A DNA stretch of 64,000 nucleotides, from assembly GCA_963824995.1 (NCBI GenBank), contig CAWGRK010000009.1:235934-299933 (forward strand), read 5' to 3'. Positions 23,436-34,647 of this stretch are shown one piece after another (within the stretch, counting starts at the first letter, position 1; every line of letters begins with the position of its first letter). The notes beneath the pieces are model-generated. The model did no database searches. It saw only the letters and a list, made by a program, of their open reading frames with translations, and had not been told where the DNA came from. A program made the translations under genes and the position numbers. Source of the stretch: an uncultured Actinomycetes bacterium. GTDB lineage: Bacteria > Actinomycetota > Acidimicrobiia > Spongiisociales > DATADW01.

Positions 23436-24224
23436 ATGACTCTCGCGGGGCGGTCGATCGTCGTCACTGGGGCCAGCGGGATCGCTGCCGCCGGAGCACG
23501 CCGCTTCGCCGCCGAGGGTGCCGGCGTATTCGTGATCTCCCTCGAGGAATCGGAGTGCGCCGCGCTGGCCGGTGAGATCGTCGCCGAGGCAGGTCGCGCC
23601 GCTGGGTGCGGGGCGGATCTTCGAGACGAGAGGGAGACGAAGCGGGCGTTCGATGCGGCAAGGGCGACATTGGGGCGGATCGATGGCGCCTTCCTCGTCG
23701 CCGGTGGAAGCGGGCGTCGATTTGGCGACGGACCCATCGACCAGTTGGGTGCCGAGGCGTGGCGCAAGACCATCGAGCTCAACCTGACCACGGCGGCGCT
23801 CTCGGTGGCCGAGACGGTGAGGATCATGCTCGGCCAAGACCCCGAAGGCGGCTCCGTGGTGATGGTGAGCAGCGCCATCGCCCGCCACCCGTCTCCCCGG
23901 CACTTCGGGACCCATGCCTACGCCGCGGCGAAGGGAGCGCAGCAAGCCCTGGTCACGGCGCTCGCCGCCACCTACGCCCCCCGTTCGATCAGGGTCAATG
24001 CCATCGCTCCCGGGCTGGTCGACACTCCGATGGCGGCGAGGGCAGCGTCGGACCCGCAGATCCAGTCCTATGCCAGAGCCAAACAGCCGCTGGCAGGGGG
24101 CATGCTCGACCCGTCGGACGTGGCGGCCGCCGCCGGATTTCTGTTATCCGACGATGCTCGGATGGTCACCGGTCAGGTGCTGGCGGTGGATGGCGGGTGG
24201 GGCGTCACCGAAGCGGGCACCTAA
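23436..24224 (+). CDS. SDR family oxidoreductase
   Basis: VTGASGIA, YAAAK, IRVNAIAPG..DTPM, VDGG. Confidence 0.93.
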   Translation: MTLAGRSIVVTGASGIAAAGARRFAAEGAGVFVISLEESECAALAGEIVAEAGRAAGCGADLRDERETKRAFDAARATLGRIDGAFLVAGGSGRRFGDGPIDQLGAEAWRKTIELNLTTAALSVAETVRIMLGQDPEGGSVVMVSSAIARHPSPRHFGTHAYAAAKGAQQALVTALAATYAPRSIRVNAIAPGLVDTPMAARAASDPQIQSYARAKQPLAGGMLDPSDVAAAAGFLLSDDARMVTGQVLAVDGGWGVTEAGT

Positions 24225-24228
24225 CGGA

Positions 24229-25258
24229 TCAGACCCCAAGCTCATCCCTGACCTCGGCCACCCCGCTCACCAGGCTGGCCAGCTTCGCCTTGGCTGCCCA
24301 GCGCGCTGTCTGGCTCAGACCGCAGTCGGGGGCCAATGCCAGACGATCGGCAGCCACATATTGGAGGCACCGCCGCACTCGGTCGGCGATCACCTCGGGG
24401 GTTTCCACCCAATAGCTCTTGACGTCGATCAGACCGACGGCGACGTCGTGCCGCTCCCCCACCTTCTCGATCGCCTCGAGCTCGGCCATCTCCCTCCCCG
24501 CCATCTCGAGGTGGACCTCGTCGGCGGCTATGTCGAGGAAGGCGGGGAACAAGGGGGCGTAGCTACGGGGAGCGACCGCATGGCCCTTGTAGTTGCCAAA
24601 GCAGAGGTGGGCATCGATGCGGCAACGACCGGCCACCGGTGCAACGGTTCGGTTGAAGACCTCGACCATCCGATCGGGGTCCTCACGGTGGGCGTAACAG
24701 CTCATCGATGGCTCATCCACGCAGATCTCGGTGGCGCCCGCTTCCACAAGCATGCCCAGCTCGGCGGAGACCAGCGGCAGCAGCGCCTCGGTGATGGCCC
24801 AGCGGTCGGGGTAGTCATCGTTGGGAATGAGGCGGCCGCTGAGCGTATACGGCCCGGGCACGCTCACCTTGAGCGGCACGCCGGGAGGCGCCAGACGCTG
24901 CAGCCGGGTGTACTCATCGACCACGCCGAGACCCCTCTCGGCACCCAACCGGCCGCTGATGCGGTGACGGCCCCGCTGGTCGTGCGCCGGCGGCCCGAAC
25001 TCTCGTTTCGTCGGCTCTGCGGCCTCGATCCCGTCGAGGAACCCGTAGAACGAGAGGTTGAAGTCGAGCCGGGTCTGCTCGCCGTCGGTGACCACGTCGG
25101 CGCCTGCGCCGAGTTGGTCGGCGAGTGCCACCGTCACCGCGTCGTCCTGCATCTCGGCGATGTCGTCGGCCCCGAATTCGTCGAGACGGCGCGAGGCGAA
25201 CTCGAGCCAGCCGGGGAACGGCCAGCTACCGACCAGGGTGACGCGGCAGCGGTTGCAT
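24229..25258 (-). CDS. Cobalamin-independent methionine synthase II-like (single-barrel MetE) Zn enzyme; +1 indel near 25245
   Basis: VGSWPFP, TDGEQ.R, PGPYTL, VDEP, HLCFGN, PDCGL Zn-ligand motifs. Confidence 0.88.
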
Positions 25259-25272
25259 CGGCTCGCCTTCCA

Positions 25273-25282
25273 TGTCTAGACA
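25273..25282. promoter_or_regulatory. GntR (HutC-type) operator-like palindrome TGTCTAGACA
   Basis: Between the divergent MetE-like gene and deoC; matches sites at 27665 and 40201. Confidence 0.7.
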
Positions 25283-25312
25283 ACCTGCAGCCCGATGTGG
25301 GACCATCCCCCG

Positions 25313-26029
25313 ATGGAAACTGCACCGCCCGAGTCTGACACGGCCCTCACCGTCGCAGACGTCAGCTACGAAGATCTGGCCGGGGCCATCGACCACTCGC
25401 TCCTCCGCCCGGAACTGACCAGGGACGAGGTCATCGCCGGATGCCAGCTGGCAGCGAAGTATCGGGTGGCGTCGGTCTGTGTCAGGCCCGCCGATGTCGC
25501 CCTGGCCGGCTCGCTGCTCGAGGGATCGGGGGTGGCGGTGGGAACGGTTGTCGGTTTCCCCCACGGTTCGCACAGCACCTCGACCAAGCGGTTCGAGGCG
25601 GAGGTCGCCGTCGCCGAAGGCGCCAGCGAATTGGACATGGTGATAAACATCGGTGCCCTCCGCTCCGGGGACGACTCCTTCGTCGAGTCCGATATCCGTA
25701 CGGTGGTTGGAGCTTCGGGATCGGCCCTGGTGAAGGTGATCCTGGAGAACGCCTACCTCGACGACGAGCAGAAGGTGCGAGGGTGCCGACTCGCCGAGGC
25801 GGCCGGAGCCGACTACGTGAAGACCTCGACCGGCTTCGCTCCGGGTGGCGCCACCATCGCCGACCTCAAGCTGATGCGTGCCAGCGTGTCATCCGCAGTC
25901 AAGGTGAAGGCGGCGGGTGGCGTCAGGAACCTGGACGGCCTTCTCGAGGTGCTCTCGGTCGGGGTCAGCAGGGTCGGCGCCACCCAGACGGCCGCCATCC
26001 TCGACGACTACCGGGACCGCACCGGCTAG
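25313..26029 (+). CDS. deoC: Deoxyribose-phosphate aldolase
   Basis: IDHSLL, VVGFPHG, ELDMVIN, VKTSTGF, VKAAGG. Confidence 0.95.
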   Translation: METAPPESDTALTVADVSYEDLAGAIDHSLLRPELTRDEVIAGCQLAAKYRVASVCVRPADVALAGSLLEGSGVAVGTVVGFPHGSHSTSTKRFEAEVAVAEGASELDMVINIGALRSGDDSFVESDIRTVVGASGSALVKVILENAYLDDEQKVRGCRLAEAAGADYVKTSTGFAPGGATIADLKLMRASVSSAVKVKAAGGVRNLDGLLEVLSVGVSRVGATQTAAILDDYRDRTG

Positions 26030-26918
26030 GCCGGGTCGGACTGCATACCGACGAGCGCCGCACCGATGGCGCCGGCAGCCGAGCCGAGCGAAGCGGCCAC
26101 CACATCTATCTGGTCGGTGGGTACAAGGGTCACCCGCTGGCGGACGGCGTCCCTTATCGGACCGAGCACCAGTTCGCCCGCGGCGGCGATCCCTCCGCCG
26201 ACGACGATCCGCTCCGGTCCGAAAACGGCGACGACGTTGGCCAGACCAATCCCGAGCCAGCCGGCGGCGGCGCGCACCGTGCCGATACTCCGCTCGTCGC
26301 CCTCGGCCACGCCTGCATAGACCTCCTCCACCGTCGCCTTGCCCGCCGCCTCAGCCAACACGTCGGATCGAGCCAGGGCTTCGATGCACCCATGGTTACC
26401 GCAGCCGCACAACGGCCCATCGGGAAGCACCGTTTGGTGGGCGATCTCACCGGCGACTCCGAAGGCACCAAGGTGGAGCTTGCCGTCGATCATCACCCCG
26501 CCGCCGATCCCGGTGCCCAGAGTGATGCAGACGAGCGTGCCGCAACCTGCGCCCGCCCCCAAGGTCCCCTCGGCGAGGGTGAAAGCGCGGGCATCGTTGA
26601 TCATTTGGACACCGCGCCCAGTTCCTGTTCCAATCTGGCGCGCAGCGGGTAGCCCGCCCACGGCCCGGGGAGATTGGGGAAGAGCAGAACGCGGCCGTCT
26701 GCCGGGTCGAACAACCCCGGGATCCCGAGGCCGATCGTCTGAACCGGCCCGTGCCGCTCGATGGCCCACCGCGCCACCTCGGCCAGCCTTTCGACCACGC
26801 CTTCCGGCCCGTGCTGTGCATCGGTGGGAGACGTCGCCCTCGCCACCACCTCGGAGTCGTCGAGCACCACCGCCTTGACGTTGGTGCCTCCCAGGTCGAG
26901 ACCGAGATGACGAGTCAT
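26026..26918 (-). CDS. ROK family sugar kinase; frameshift near 26607
   Basis: GLDLGGT, GIPG, INDA, LGTGIGGG, GEIAH, CGCGNHGCIE. Confidence 0.9.
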
Positions 26919-27643
26919 CACCCCACCCGGTCGGTCGCGTCGCGATGGAGCACCGCGGCGAACACATAGCGCTCAGCGGCGTACACGGTCTCGGTGTGCT
27001 CGAGGGGCGATCCGTCCTGGTCGGATATGGTGCGGCGCTCCACCAGCACGACCGGCTCGACCAGACCGAGCAAGCGCCGTTCCCTTGCGGTGGCGGGTCG
27101 CGCCATCACTTCCGCTTCGGCCCGCGTCGGGATCCATCCATTGGCCTCGAAGGCATTGTGGAGCGAGCCCCGCTCCAGATCGGCGCCGAGCACGGCCGAG
27201 CAACGGGTAGAGAAGACGACCCGCTCGATCGCCATCGGCGTGCCGTCGGCCAGCCTGAGCCGCTCCAACACGAGGGCGCCCTCTCCAGTTGTCAGACCCA
27301 GCGCCTTGGCCTCCACTGCCGACGACTCGACCGTTCCCGATGCGAGGATCTGCGAGGTGGCAGACATGCCGCGGCTTCGCATGCTGTCGGTGAACGACAA
27401 GGGAGATCCAAGCACCCGCGGTACCGGGCGCGGCGCCACGAATGTGCCCTGCCCCCGGGTGCGGTAGAGCAACCGCTCGTTGGCCACAGTCTGGACCGCC
27501 TGGCGCGCGGTCATCCGGCTCACCCCGAAGTGCTCGCAGAGCTCGGCATCCGACGGGAGCCGGTCGCCCGGGCGGGAACTCGCCACCAGCCGCCGCAGGT
27601 GATCGGCGATCTCCTCGTACCGTGGCGGGGTCTTCGTAGTCAT
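26918..27643 (-). CDS. GntR family regulator, HutC subfamily (UTRA domain)
   Basis: LPSDAELCEHFGVSRMTARQA, GQGTFV, RLRLADGTP. Confidence 0.93.
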   Translation of the reverse strand: MTTKTPPRYEEIADHLRRLVASSRPGDRLPSDAELCEHFGVSRMTARQAVQTVANERLLYRTRGQGTFVAPRPVPRVLGSPLSFTDSMRSRGMSATSQILASGTVESSAVEAKALGLTTGEGALVLERLRLADGTPMAIERVVFSTRCSAVLGADLERGSLHNAFEANGWIPTRAEAEVMARPATARERRLLGLVEPVVLVERRTISDQDGSPLEHTETVYAAERYVFAAVLHRDATDRVG

Positions 27644-27664
27644 CGCGCCCTGCTCCGATGCTAC

Positions 27665-27676
27665 ATGTCTAGACAT
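27665..27676. promoter_or_regulatory. GntR operator-like perfect palindrome ATGTCTAGACAT
   Basis: In the short divergent gntR/SIS intergenic region. Confidence 0.78.
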
Positions 27677-27692
27677 TTGATACGATCCGCCG

Positions 27693-28469
27693 ATGCGGTC
27701 GTCCGCCGGACGCTGGCTCGCCGAGGCGCGAACGGTGCTCGAGCGAATCGAGCAGTCTCAGATGGGGTCGATCTTCGCCGCCGCCGAGCGGTGCGCTCAA
27801 GCCATTGTGTCGGGGGGACTGGTCCACCTGTTCGGTACGGGCCACTCCCGAATACCCCTCGAGGAGATGTTCCCCCGCTACGGGTCGTACCCCGGCTTCC
27901 ATCCCATCGCCGAGCTATCGATGACCTTTCATACCCAGGTGGTCGGCTCCAACGGGCAGCGGCAGGCGATGTTCATAGAGAGGACCGAAGGGCTCGCCGG
28001 GGAGATCTTGGCCAACTTCAACTTTGGTGAATCGGACGTGATGATCGTCTTCAGCGTGGGTGGACTGAGCGCCGTCCCCATCGAGATGGCCATGGGGGCA
28101 AGGGAACGAGGGATGACCGTCGTTGCGGTCACATCGCTCGCCGAGTCGACCGCCACCGAGCCTCGTCATCCCACCGGGACCAGGCTGGCGGACCATGCCG
28201 ACATCGTGATCGACCTGTGCACCCCGGTGGGAGATGCAATGGTGACGCTGGAAGGGTTGGCCACACCGGTCGGGCCAGGCTCCACCGTCGCCTATGCCGC
28301 GGTGGTCAACGAGATAAAGGTGCAGACCGCAGAGTTGCTGGTGGCGGTGGGGAAGATGCCCCCGGTTATCACCAGTGCCACAGTCGCCGGCCCGGCCGAG
28401 GCGTCGCGCCTGTTCGACGCCGCCTATGCCCAACATGCGAGGGGGATGGCGAAGGCAATCTCGCCTTGA
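27693..28469 (+). CDS. SIS domain sugar isomerase-like protein
   Basis: VHLFGTGHS, FSVGG, VVAVTS, ADIVID, PVGPGST. Confidence 0.85.
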   Translation: MRSSAGRWLAEARTVLERIEQSQMGSIFAAAERCAQAIVSGGLVHLFGTGHSRIPLEEMFPRYGSYPGFHPIAELSMTFHTQVVGSNGQRQAMFIERTEGLAGEILANFNFGESDVMIVFSVGGLSAVPIEMAMGARERGMTVVAVTSLAESTATEPRHPTGTRLADHADIVIDLCTPVGDAMVTLEGLATPVGPGSTVAYAAVVNEIKVQTAELLVAVGKMPPVITSATVAGPAEASRLFDAAYAQHARGMAKAISP

Positions 28470-28503
28470 GTAGATCTTTGTCCTTGCATCAGTCAGAAGT
28501 TCC

Positions 28504-29703
28504 ATGCTTAATGGACGAACTGTGGGAGGAAGTGGGTCGCACGGGATGCTTCTCGACCTGATACGGACCGGGGAGGCGACGACTCGCCGCGAGCTCGCCC
28601 ACGTCACCGGTCTCTCTCGGTCCACCGTGGCGGTCCGCATCGAGAATCTCCTCGCCGAGGGTCTCATCGCCGAGGTGGGCGAAGCACCTTCGAGCGGAGG
28701 CAGACCGCCGGCCGTCCTCGGGCTCAACCAGGAGGCCGGCGTCGTGCTCGCTGTGGACCTCGGCGCAACACATGCCCGTGTGGCCGTCACCGACCTCGGA
28801 GCAGCGCCGATCGCAGACACGGCCCTCGACCTGGACATCGCATCGGGTCCCGAGAACGTCCTCGGCACCATCAATCAGGTTCTGGTCGTACTGCTCGACA
28901 CCACCGGGCGACCCCCAGGTGAGGTCAAGGGGATCGGCATCGGTGTGCCGGGGCCGGTCGAGTACGCCGCCGGAAGGGCGGTGACCCCGCCGATCATGCC
29001 CGGGTGGGACAGTTACCCGATCCGCGACCGCTTCGTGGATCGTTATCACGTGCCGGTGCTGGTGGACAACGACGTCAACATCATGGCCAGGGGCGAACAC
29101 TGGGCCGCAACAGAGCCATCTGACGATTTCCTCTTCGTCAAGGTGGGTACCGGGATCGGATCGGGGCTGATCCTCGGTGGCAGGCTCCACCGCGGCGCCC
29201 TCGGCGCTGCCGGGGACATCGGCCACGTCCAGGTGGCAGCAGCCGAGGGGATTGTCTGTCGTTGCGGCAACACCGGGTGTCTCGAGTCGGTGGCCGGCGG
29301 ACGGGCGTTGGCCGCCAGGCTGGGCGCTGCGGACACCCGTGCCGTGGTAGCCCTGGTCAAGGGCGGAAACCGCGACGCCATCCAGGCGGTGCGCGAAGCC
29401 GGCCGTCTTATCGGACAGGTGCTCGCCTCGACGGTCAACCTGCTCAACCCGGGGACCATCGTCCTCGGAGGCGATCTCGCCGACGCCGGTGACCAGTTGT
29501 TCGCCGGGATACGCGAGGTGGTCTACCGCCGCTCCACCGCCCTCGCCACCAGCCGCCTACAACTGATCCCCAGCATCCTCGGGGACCGCGCCGGGGTGAC
29601 GGGTGCGGCGGCGATGGTGATCGATCACGTGCTGTCCCCCCACGGGTGGACCGCACACTCAGCTTGGCCCAAGGGGGGGTCCGATGACGGGACGGCCAGA
29701 TGA
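28504..29703 (+). CDS. ROK family transcriptional repressor
   Basis: N-terminal HTH ([16 protein letters not shown]), [24 protein letters not shown]. Confidence 0.93.
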   Translation: MLNGRTVGGSGSHGMLLDLIRTGEATTRRELAHVTGLSRSTVAVRIENLLAEGLIAEVGEAPSSGGRPPAVLGLNQEAGVVLAVDLGATHARVAVTDLGAAPIADTALDLDIASGPENVLGTINQVLVVLLDTTGRPPGEVKGIGIGVPGPVEYAAGRAVTPPIMPGWDSYPIRDRFVDRYHVPVLVDNDVNIMARGEHWAATEPSDDFLFVKVGTGIGSGLILGGRLHRGALGAAGDIGHVQVAAAEGIVCRCGNTGCLESVAGGRALAARLGAADTRAVVALVKGGNRDAIQAVREAGRLIGQVLASTVNLLNPGTIVLGGDLADAGDQLFAGIREVVYRRSTALATSRLQLIPSILGDRAGVTGAAAMVIDHVLSPHGWTAHSAWPKGGSDDGTAR

Positions 29704-29752
29704 AGGGCGCCGGCACCGCCGGCGCCGCCAGGCAACCAAGAGAGGAGGAAGC

Positions 29753-30918
29753 ATGCGACGACCGATAGGTCGGAGCGTCGGACTGCTGGCTCTGCTCGTC
29801 GTCTTCGCCCTTGTGGCGGCGGCGTGCGGCGGGGACGGCGGGACCGACACAACCGCGGCGGGGGGGACCGCTACCACCGCAGCGGGAGGTACCGAGACCA
29901 CGGCCGGTGGGGGGACAGGCACAACCGCGGCAGGAGGTACCGAGACAACGGCGGCGGCAGGGGGCGAAGGGCCATTCACCATCGGGGTGAGCAACACCCT
30001 GGTCGGCAACGGCTGGCGTGAGCAGATGATCTGCGCGATCAAGGCCGAGGCGCTGGCCAGCGGAGTCGTCGACGAGGTGGTCGTGGTCAACCGCAACGGC
30101 GGACCTACCGAGCAGATCGCCGACCTCGAAGAGCCTCATCTAGCCAGGGTGTCGACGCCATCATCTTCAACCCGACCGACCGCGAGGCCCTCAACTCGGT
30201 GATCGAGGAGGGCGTCGCGCAGGGGATCGTGGTGGTGGCGGTCGACCAGGCGGTGACCGCCGAAGGCGCCTACGTCGTCACCAACGACCAGGTCGCCTAC
30301 GGCCGGCTCGGAGCCGAGTGGCTGTTCGAGCAGCTAGGTGGCGAGGGCAATGTCGCCTACATGCGCGGGATCGACGGAGTTCCCGCCGACACCGACCGCG
30401 ACACCGGCTTCCAGGAGGCGCTCGCCGCCAACCCGGACATCACGGTGGTGGCAGAGGTCTTCACCGGTTGGGACCCGTCGACGGGTGCCCAGCAGGCCCT
30501 CGACATCATCACCACTCAGGAGATCGACGGGATCTGGACCTCGGGGATCGACTACACCGTGGTCGAGCAGTTCTCGGCCGCCGACAAGCCCTTCGTGCCG
30601 ATCGTCGGGGCGGACAACAACGGGTTCGTCCAGCAGCTCATCGAGCTGTAGGGCGACGGTCTGACCGGAGCCGCGGTGACCAACCCGCCGGCCATCGGCG
30701 GGGTGGGGACCTCGATCGCCATCTCCGGCTCGCAGGGCGAGGACGTGGAAAGGGAGACGATCCTGACGCCGGAGGTGTTCGACAGCGACGACCAGGAGGC
30801 GCTCGAGGGTCTGTACGACCCCGACCAGCAGGTCGGGTGGAGCACGTACGTCGAGATCGACCCATACACCAGCTACGAGGCCGCCCAGGTCTCGGAGTGC
30901 AAGGGACCCGGGGAGTGA
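29753..30918 (+). CDS. Sugar ABC transporter substrate-binding lipoprotein; frameshift near 30135 and in-frame TAG at 30649
   Basis: AGGAGG RBS, lipobox AAAC, Thr/Gly/Ala linker, IGVSN...NGWREQM, periplasmic binding protein type I character. Confidence 0.85.
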
Positions 30919-30925
30919 GCAATCA

Positions 30926-30994
30926 AGGAACGAGCGGCCTCCGGCCGGGCTCGTTCCTGCTACCCGAGGGGGGTCGGCTGGCCGCCCCCTCGGG
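30926..30994 (+). terminator. Two hairpins after the binding-protein gene (mRNA stabiliser or terminator)
   Basis: AGGAACGAGC...GCTCGTTCCT and CCCGAGGGGG...CCCCCTCGGG. Confidence 0.45.
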
Positions 30995-31040
30995 CATCCC
31001 CCATCCCGTCGACAACTCGGTCACGGCGGAGACTCACCTT

Positions 31041-31127
31041 TCCCCCGAACCCGCTGCTCCGCAGCGGGACCTTCCCCTGCGGGGGGACGGAATCCTTCAC
31101 TTCCGTCTTCCGTCTTCCGTCTTCCGT
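31041..31127 (-). repeat. Composite repeat: palindromic element plus (CTTCCGT)x4
   Basis: Reverse complement reads heptamers then TTCCGTCCCCCCGCAGGGGAAGGTCCCGCTGCGGAGCAGCGGGT. Confidence 0.8.
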
Positions 31128-31138
31128 CTCTTCCTCCA

Positions 31139-32621
31139 ATGACCGACCAAACACTCCTCGAGACGCGCCAAGTCGCCAAGAGCTTCGGCTCGGTGGTGGC
31201 GCTGCGCTCGGTCGATCTCACGGTGCGACCGGGGGAGATCCATGCCCTGCTCGGCGCCAACGGGGCGGGCAAGAGCACCCTGGTCAAGATCCTCTCCGGG
31301 GTGTTCCCGCCGAATTCCGGCACGATAGCGTCAATGGGGCACAGATTTCACCCCGCACGCCCGGCCGATGCGATGGCAGCCGGACTGGCCACCGTGTTCC
31401 AGGATCCGGCGCTGATTCCGGATCTGACGGTCGATCAGAACTTCCGCCTCACCGGGGTCGATACGGGTCGGTGCGGATCGTGGCTGGAGACGATGGACAT
31501 GGGCGATCTCGACTTCGACAGTCTCGTCAGGGAACTTCCTCTCGAGGTCTTGCGGCTGCTCGACCTCTCCCGGGCGCTGGCCCACGACCCGCAGTTGCTC
31601 CTGCTCGACGAGATCACCGCCGCCCTTCCCGCCGATCAGGCGGAGCATGTCTTCGCCGTGATGCGGGACTGGGTGGACAAGGGTCGGTCGGTGCTCTTCA
31701 TCACCCATCGCCTGGCCGAGGTGCTCAGGATGTGCGACCGGGCGACCATCCTGCGCGACGGCCGCAACGTCGCCAGCGTGGTTCCGGGTGAAGGTGGTGA
31801 GGCGCGCCTGGTGGAGGCGATGCTCGGCCAGGAGTCGCCGAGGAACATCTCGCCGAGCCGAGCGGACCCCAGGTCCAGCGGCGAAGCGGCTGACGTCGCC
31901 TCGAGGCGACCGACCTTCAGTTCGGGCGATCAGGTCAACGGCATCTCCTTCCAGTCTCCGAGCCGGCGAGATCCTCGGAATCGTCGCGCTCGAGGGCCAA
32001 GGCCAGGACCGGCTCTTCGATCTCCTGGCCGGAGACCGCCGACCCGACTCCGGCGAGGTCATGGTCGAGGGAAAACCTCTCTCGGCGCGACTCTCCTTAC
32101 GACGCCATTCGACGCGGCGTGGTGCTGGTGCCGTCCGATCGCCTGCTCGCCTTCTGCCGAAGCGTTCGGTGCGGGAGAACCTGGCCATTCCGCTCTACAA
32201 CCGGCGCGGTCGCTGGCTCAGCCTCGTCGGGGACGAGGACGAGCGCGCCGACAAGGCGATCGACCGGCTCGTCGATCGACACCCGGGCCCAGCGCCAGGT
32301 GCGACGGCTCTCTGGCGGAAACCAGCAGAAGGTGGTCATCGGGCGCTGGCTCGCCTCGGGCTTCCGAACCCTGCTCTGCTTCGACCCCACCCGAGGAATC
32401 GACATCCAGACCAAGCGGCAGATCTACGACCTGCTGCGCGAGATCGCCGATGACCGGCGCCGCGGTGCTGATCTACACGAGCGAGTTGCCCGAGATCCCT
32501 CTGGTCTGCGACCGGGTGCTGGTGCTGTACACCGGGCGGGTCGTCCACGAGCAGGCCGCGGCCACCGCGACCGAGGAAGGACTGCTGTCGGCCGCCCACG
32601 GGCTTGGGGCAGACGGCGTGA
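31139..32621 (+). CDS. Sugar ABC transporter ATP-binding protein (two NBDs); several frameshifts
   Basis: GANGAGKST, LLLDE, LSGGNQQKVV, DPTRGID across frames. Confidence 0.88.
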
Positions 32622-33638
32622 CACGCCACCGCGCCGCCCGTCACCACGTCGGAGGTGTCGACTGGCCGCGGTGGCGCCGCCGTCAGGGCTGGTCGGTCGG
32701 CGTCTGGCTGCTGCTCGTCGTTCTCATCGCCTGGTACACGCCGTTGGTCCCCGACTTCGGCAACTTCCAGATCGCCTCGATCGCCAAGAACAGCCTTCCT
32801 CTGATCTACCTGGCGATCGGGCAGGCGGTGATCGTCATCGCCGGTGGCATCGACCTCTCGGCTCGGGGCGATGATGGTGCTCACCAAAGCACGGCGGCCG
32901 GTCCTCATGGACGAACAACCGTTGTGCGTGATCTGCCTTGATGGTCGGTCTGGGAATCATGCTCGTCGCCGCTGTTCTCAACGGCGCCGTCGGTTGGGTG
33001 ATCAACGTCTCACGGGTGCCCGACATCGTGGTGACCCTGGCGACGAGTTTCATCTACTCCGGGCTGGCGCTCATGGTTCTCCCCGGCCCCGGTGGGGGGA
33101 CCGCCCCGGGCTTCCGGTTCCTCTTCACGGGTCGCGAGACCGGCACCGGATCGAATCTTCTGGCCGGCGCTCGTGATGCTCGATCATCCCGGCCGTCGTC
33201 GTGGCCTGGTTCATGCGCGCGGACCCGGACCGGCCTCTCGCTCTACGCCACCGGCAGCGACCGCAACGCCGCCTATCTGTCGGGGTGTCGACACGGCCGG
33301 GCCAAGATCATCGCCTATGCCGTCGGCGGGGCATGGCGGCCATCGCCGGGCTGGCCACTGTGGCGATCACCGGCAGCGGCGATCCCCGCTTCAGCATCGG
33401 CGCCAACGCCACCCTCAACAGCGTCGCCGCGATCGTCCTCGGCGGCGTCGCCCTGACCGGCGGGGTCGGATCGGTGGTCGGGGCGGTCGCCGCCGCGATC
33501 ATCGTCTTCTTCCTGAGCCCGATCCTCAGCGCGATGGGGATCGATCCCAACAGCGCCCAGGTCGTCCAGGGGACCTTGATCGCCCTGGTGATGATGCTGG
33601 CCGGACTGCTCGGCCTGCGCCGGAGGAGGGCCGAGTGA
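32618..33638 (+). CDS. Sugar ABC transporter permease; several frameshifts
   Basis: GGIDLS, IVVTLA, AAIVLGGVALTGG.GS. Confidence 0.85.
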
Positions 33639-34639
33639 CCGCCGAGATCCAGCCGCTGCTCAACGCTGCCGGGGCCCCGTCGGCAGGCCCGCTGGGCCCG
33701 GATCGCTGGCCGATCATCCGCTCTATGGTGCTCGGCGGCGTGCTGGTCGTGCTGATCCTGGTCACCGGCGCGATCCAGCCGAACTATCTCATCGGTCAGC
33801 GGGCTTCGCAACACCGCTGCTGCTCGCCGCTCCGCTGGGGATCATGGCCGCGGGGCAGACGATCCTGCATGCTCACCGGCGGCATCGACCTCTCGGTGGC
33901 GATGATCGCCACCGGGGCCGCCTACGTCGCCGGCAACCGCTCACCGAGCGGCGCCGCCATCGCCATCGTGTTCGGCCTGATGGTCGGGCTCCTGGCCGGT
34001 GCGGCCAACGGCGTCGGAGTGGGCGTGTTCCAGGTCAATCCGCTGATCATGACCCTGGCGATGTCGGCCATCCTCCTCGGCCTGTTCACCTCGTGGGCCC
34101 AGACCATTTTCACCGGGTCGACCACGGTCGCGCCGTTCATCAAACGGATGGGGGGTGGGTCCTTCCTCGGCAACCGGATCCCCTACAACGCCCTCGTCTG
34201 GGCGCTGGTGGCACTGCTGATCATGTGGATGCTGCAACGGACCGGCCTCGGACGGCTCATCTACGCCGTCGGTGACAATCCGATGGCAGCCCGCCTCTCG
34301 GGGGTCCGGATCTGGCAGGTCCACCTGGCGGTCTACACGATCGCCGGGATGCTCGCCGCACTGGCCGGGATCATCCTCGCCGGTCGCACCGGAGCGGTCG
34401 ACCTGCAACTGGCCAGCAGCTTTCTCCTGCCGTCGGTGGCGGCGGCGGTGATCGGGGGCACCTCGATCTTCGGAGGGGTCGGCAGCTATTCCGGAACGAT
34501 CCTCGGGGCGCTGATCCTGGCGGTGCTCAACTCGATGCTCACCTTCCTCAACGCCGGTCAGGCGATCCAGCAGGTGGTGTACGGGTTGATCGTCCTCGCC
34601 TTGGCCTGGCTCTACGCCCGGGTGACGGCCGAGCGATAG
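33635..34639 (+). CDS. Sugar ABC transporter permease; frameshifts in the 5' part
   Basis: LTGGIDLSV, GRLIYAVGDN..AARLSG, AAVIGGTSIFGG. Confidence 0.88.
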   Translation: MTAEIQPLLNAAGAPSAGPLGPDRWPIIRSMVLGGVLVVLILVTGAIQPNYLIGQRASQHRCCSPLRWGSWPRGRRSCMLTGGIDLSVAMIATGAAYVAGNRSPSGAAIAIVFGLMVGLLAGAANGVGVGVFQVNPLIMTLAMSAILLGLFTSWAQTIFTGSTTVAPFIKRMGGGSFLGNRIPYNALVWALVALLIMWMLQRTGLGRLIYAVGDNPMAARLSGVRIWQVHLAVYTIAGMLAALAGIILAGRTGAVDLQLASSFLLPSVAAAVIGGTSIFGGVGSYSGTILGALILAVLNSMLTFLNAGQAIQQVVYGLIVLALAWLYARVTAER

Positions 34640-34647
34640 GAGCGGCA

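Noticed and set aside
28474..28520. Possible ROK operator upstream of the ROK repressor
   Set aside because: AT-rich but only weakly palindromic, with no second copy found to support it
29830..29965. Thr/Gly/Ala tandem repeats in the lipoprotein (and PPTTTT at 14240-14345) as special elements
   Set aside because: Ordinary low-complexity linkers of secreted actinobacterial proteins
30649..30651. In-frame TAG in the binding-protein gene as pyrrolysine or stop recoding
   Set aside because: TAG is a normal stop in many genes here, no pyl genes are seen, and the region is error-dense; a substitution error is more likely
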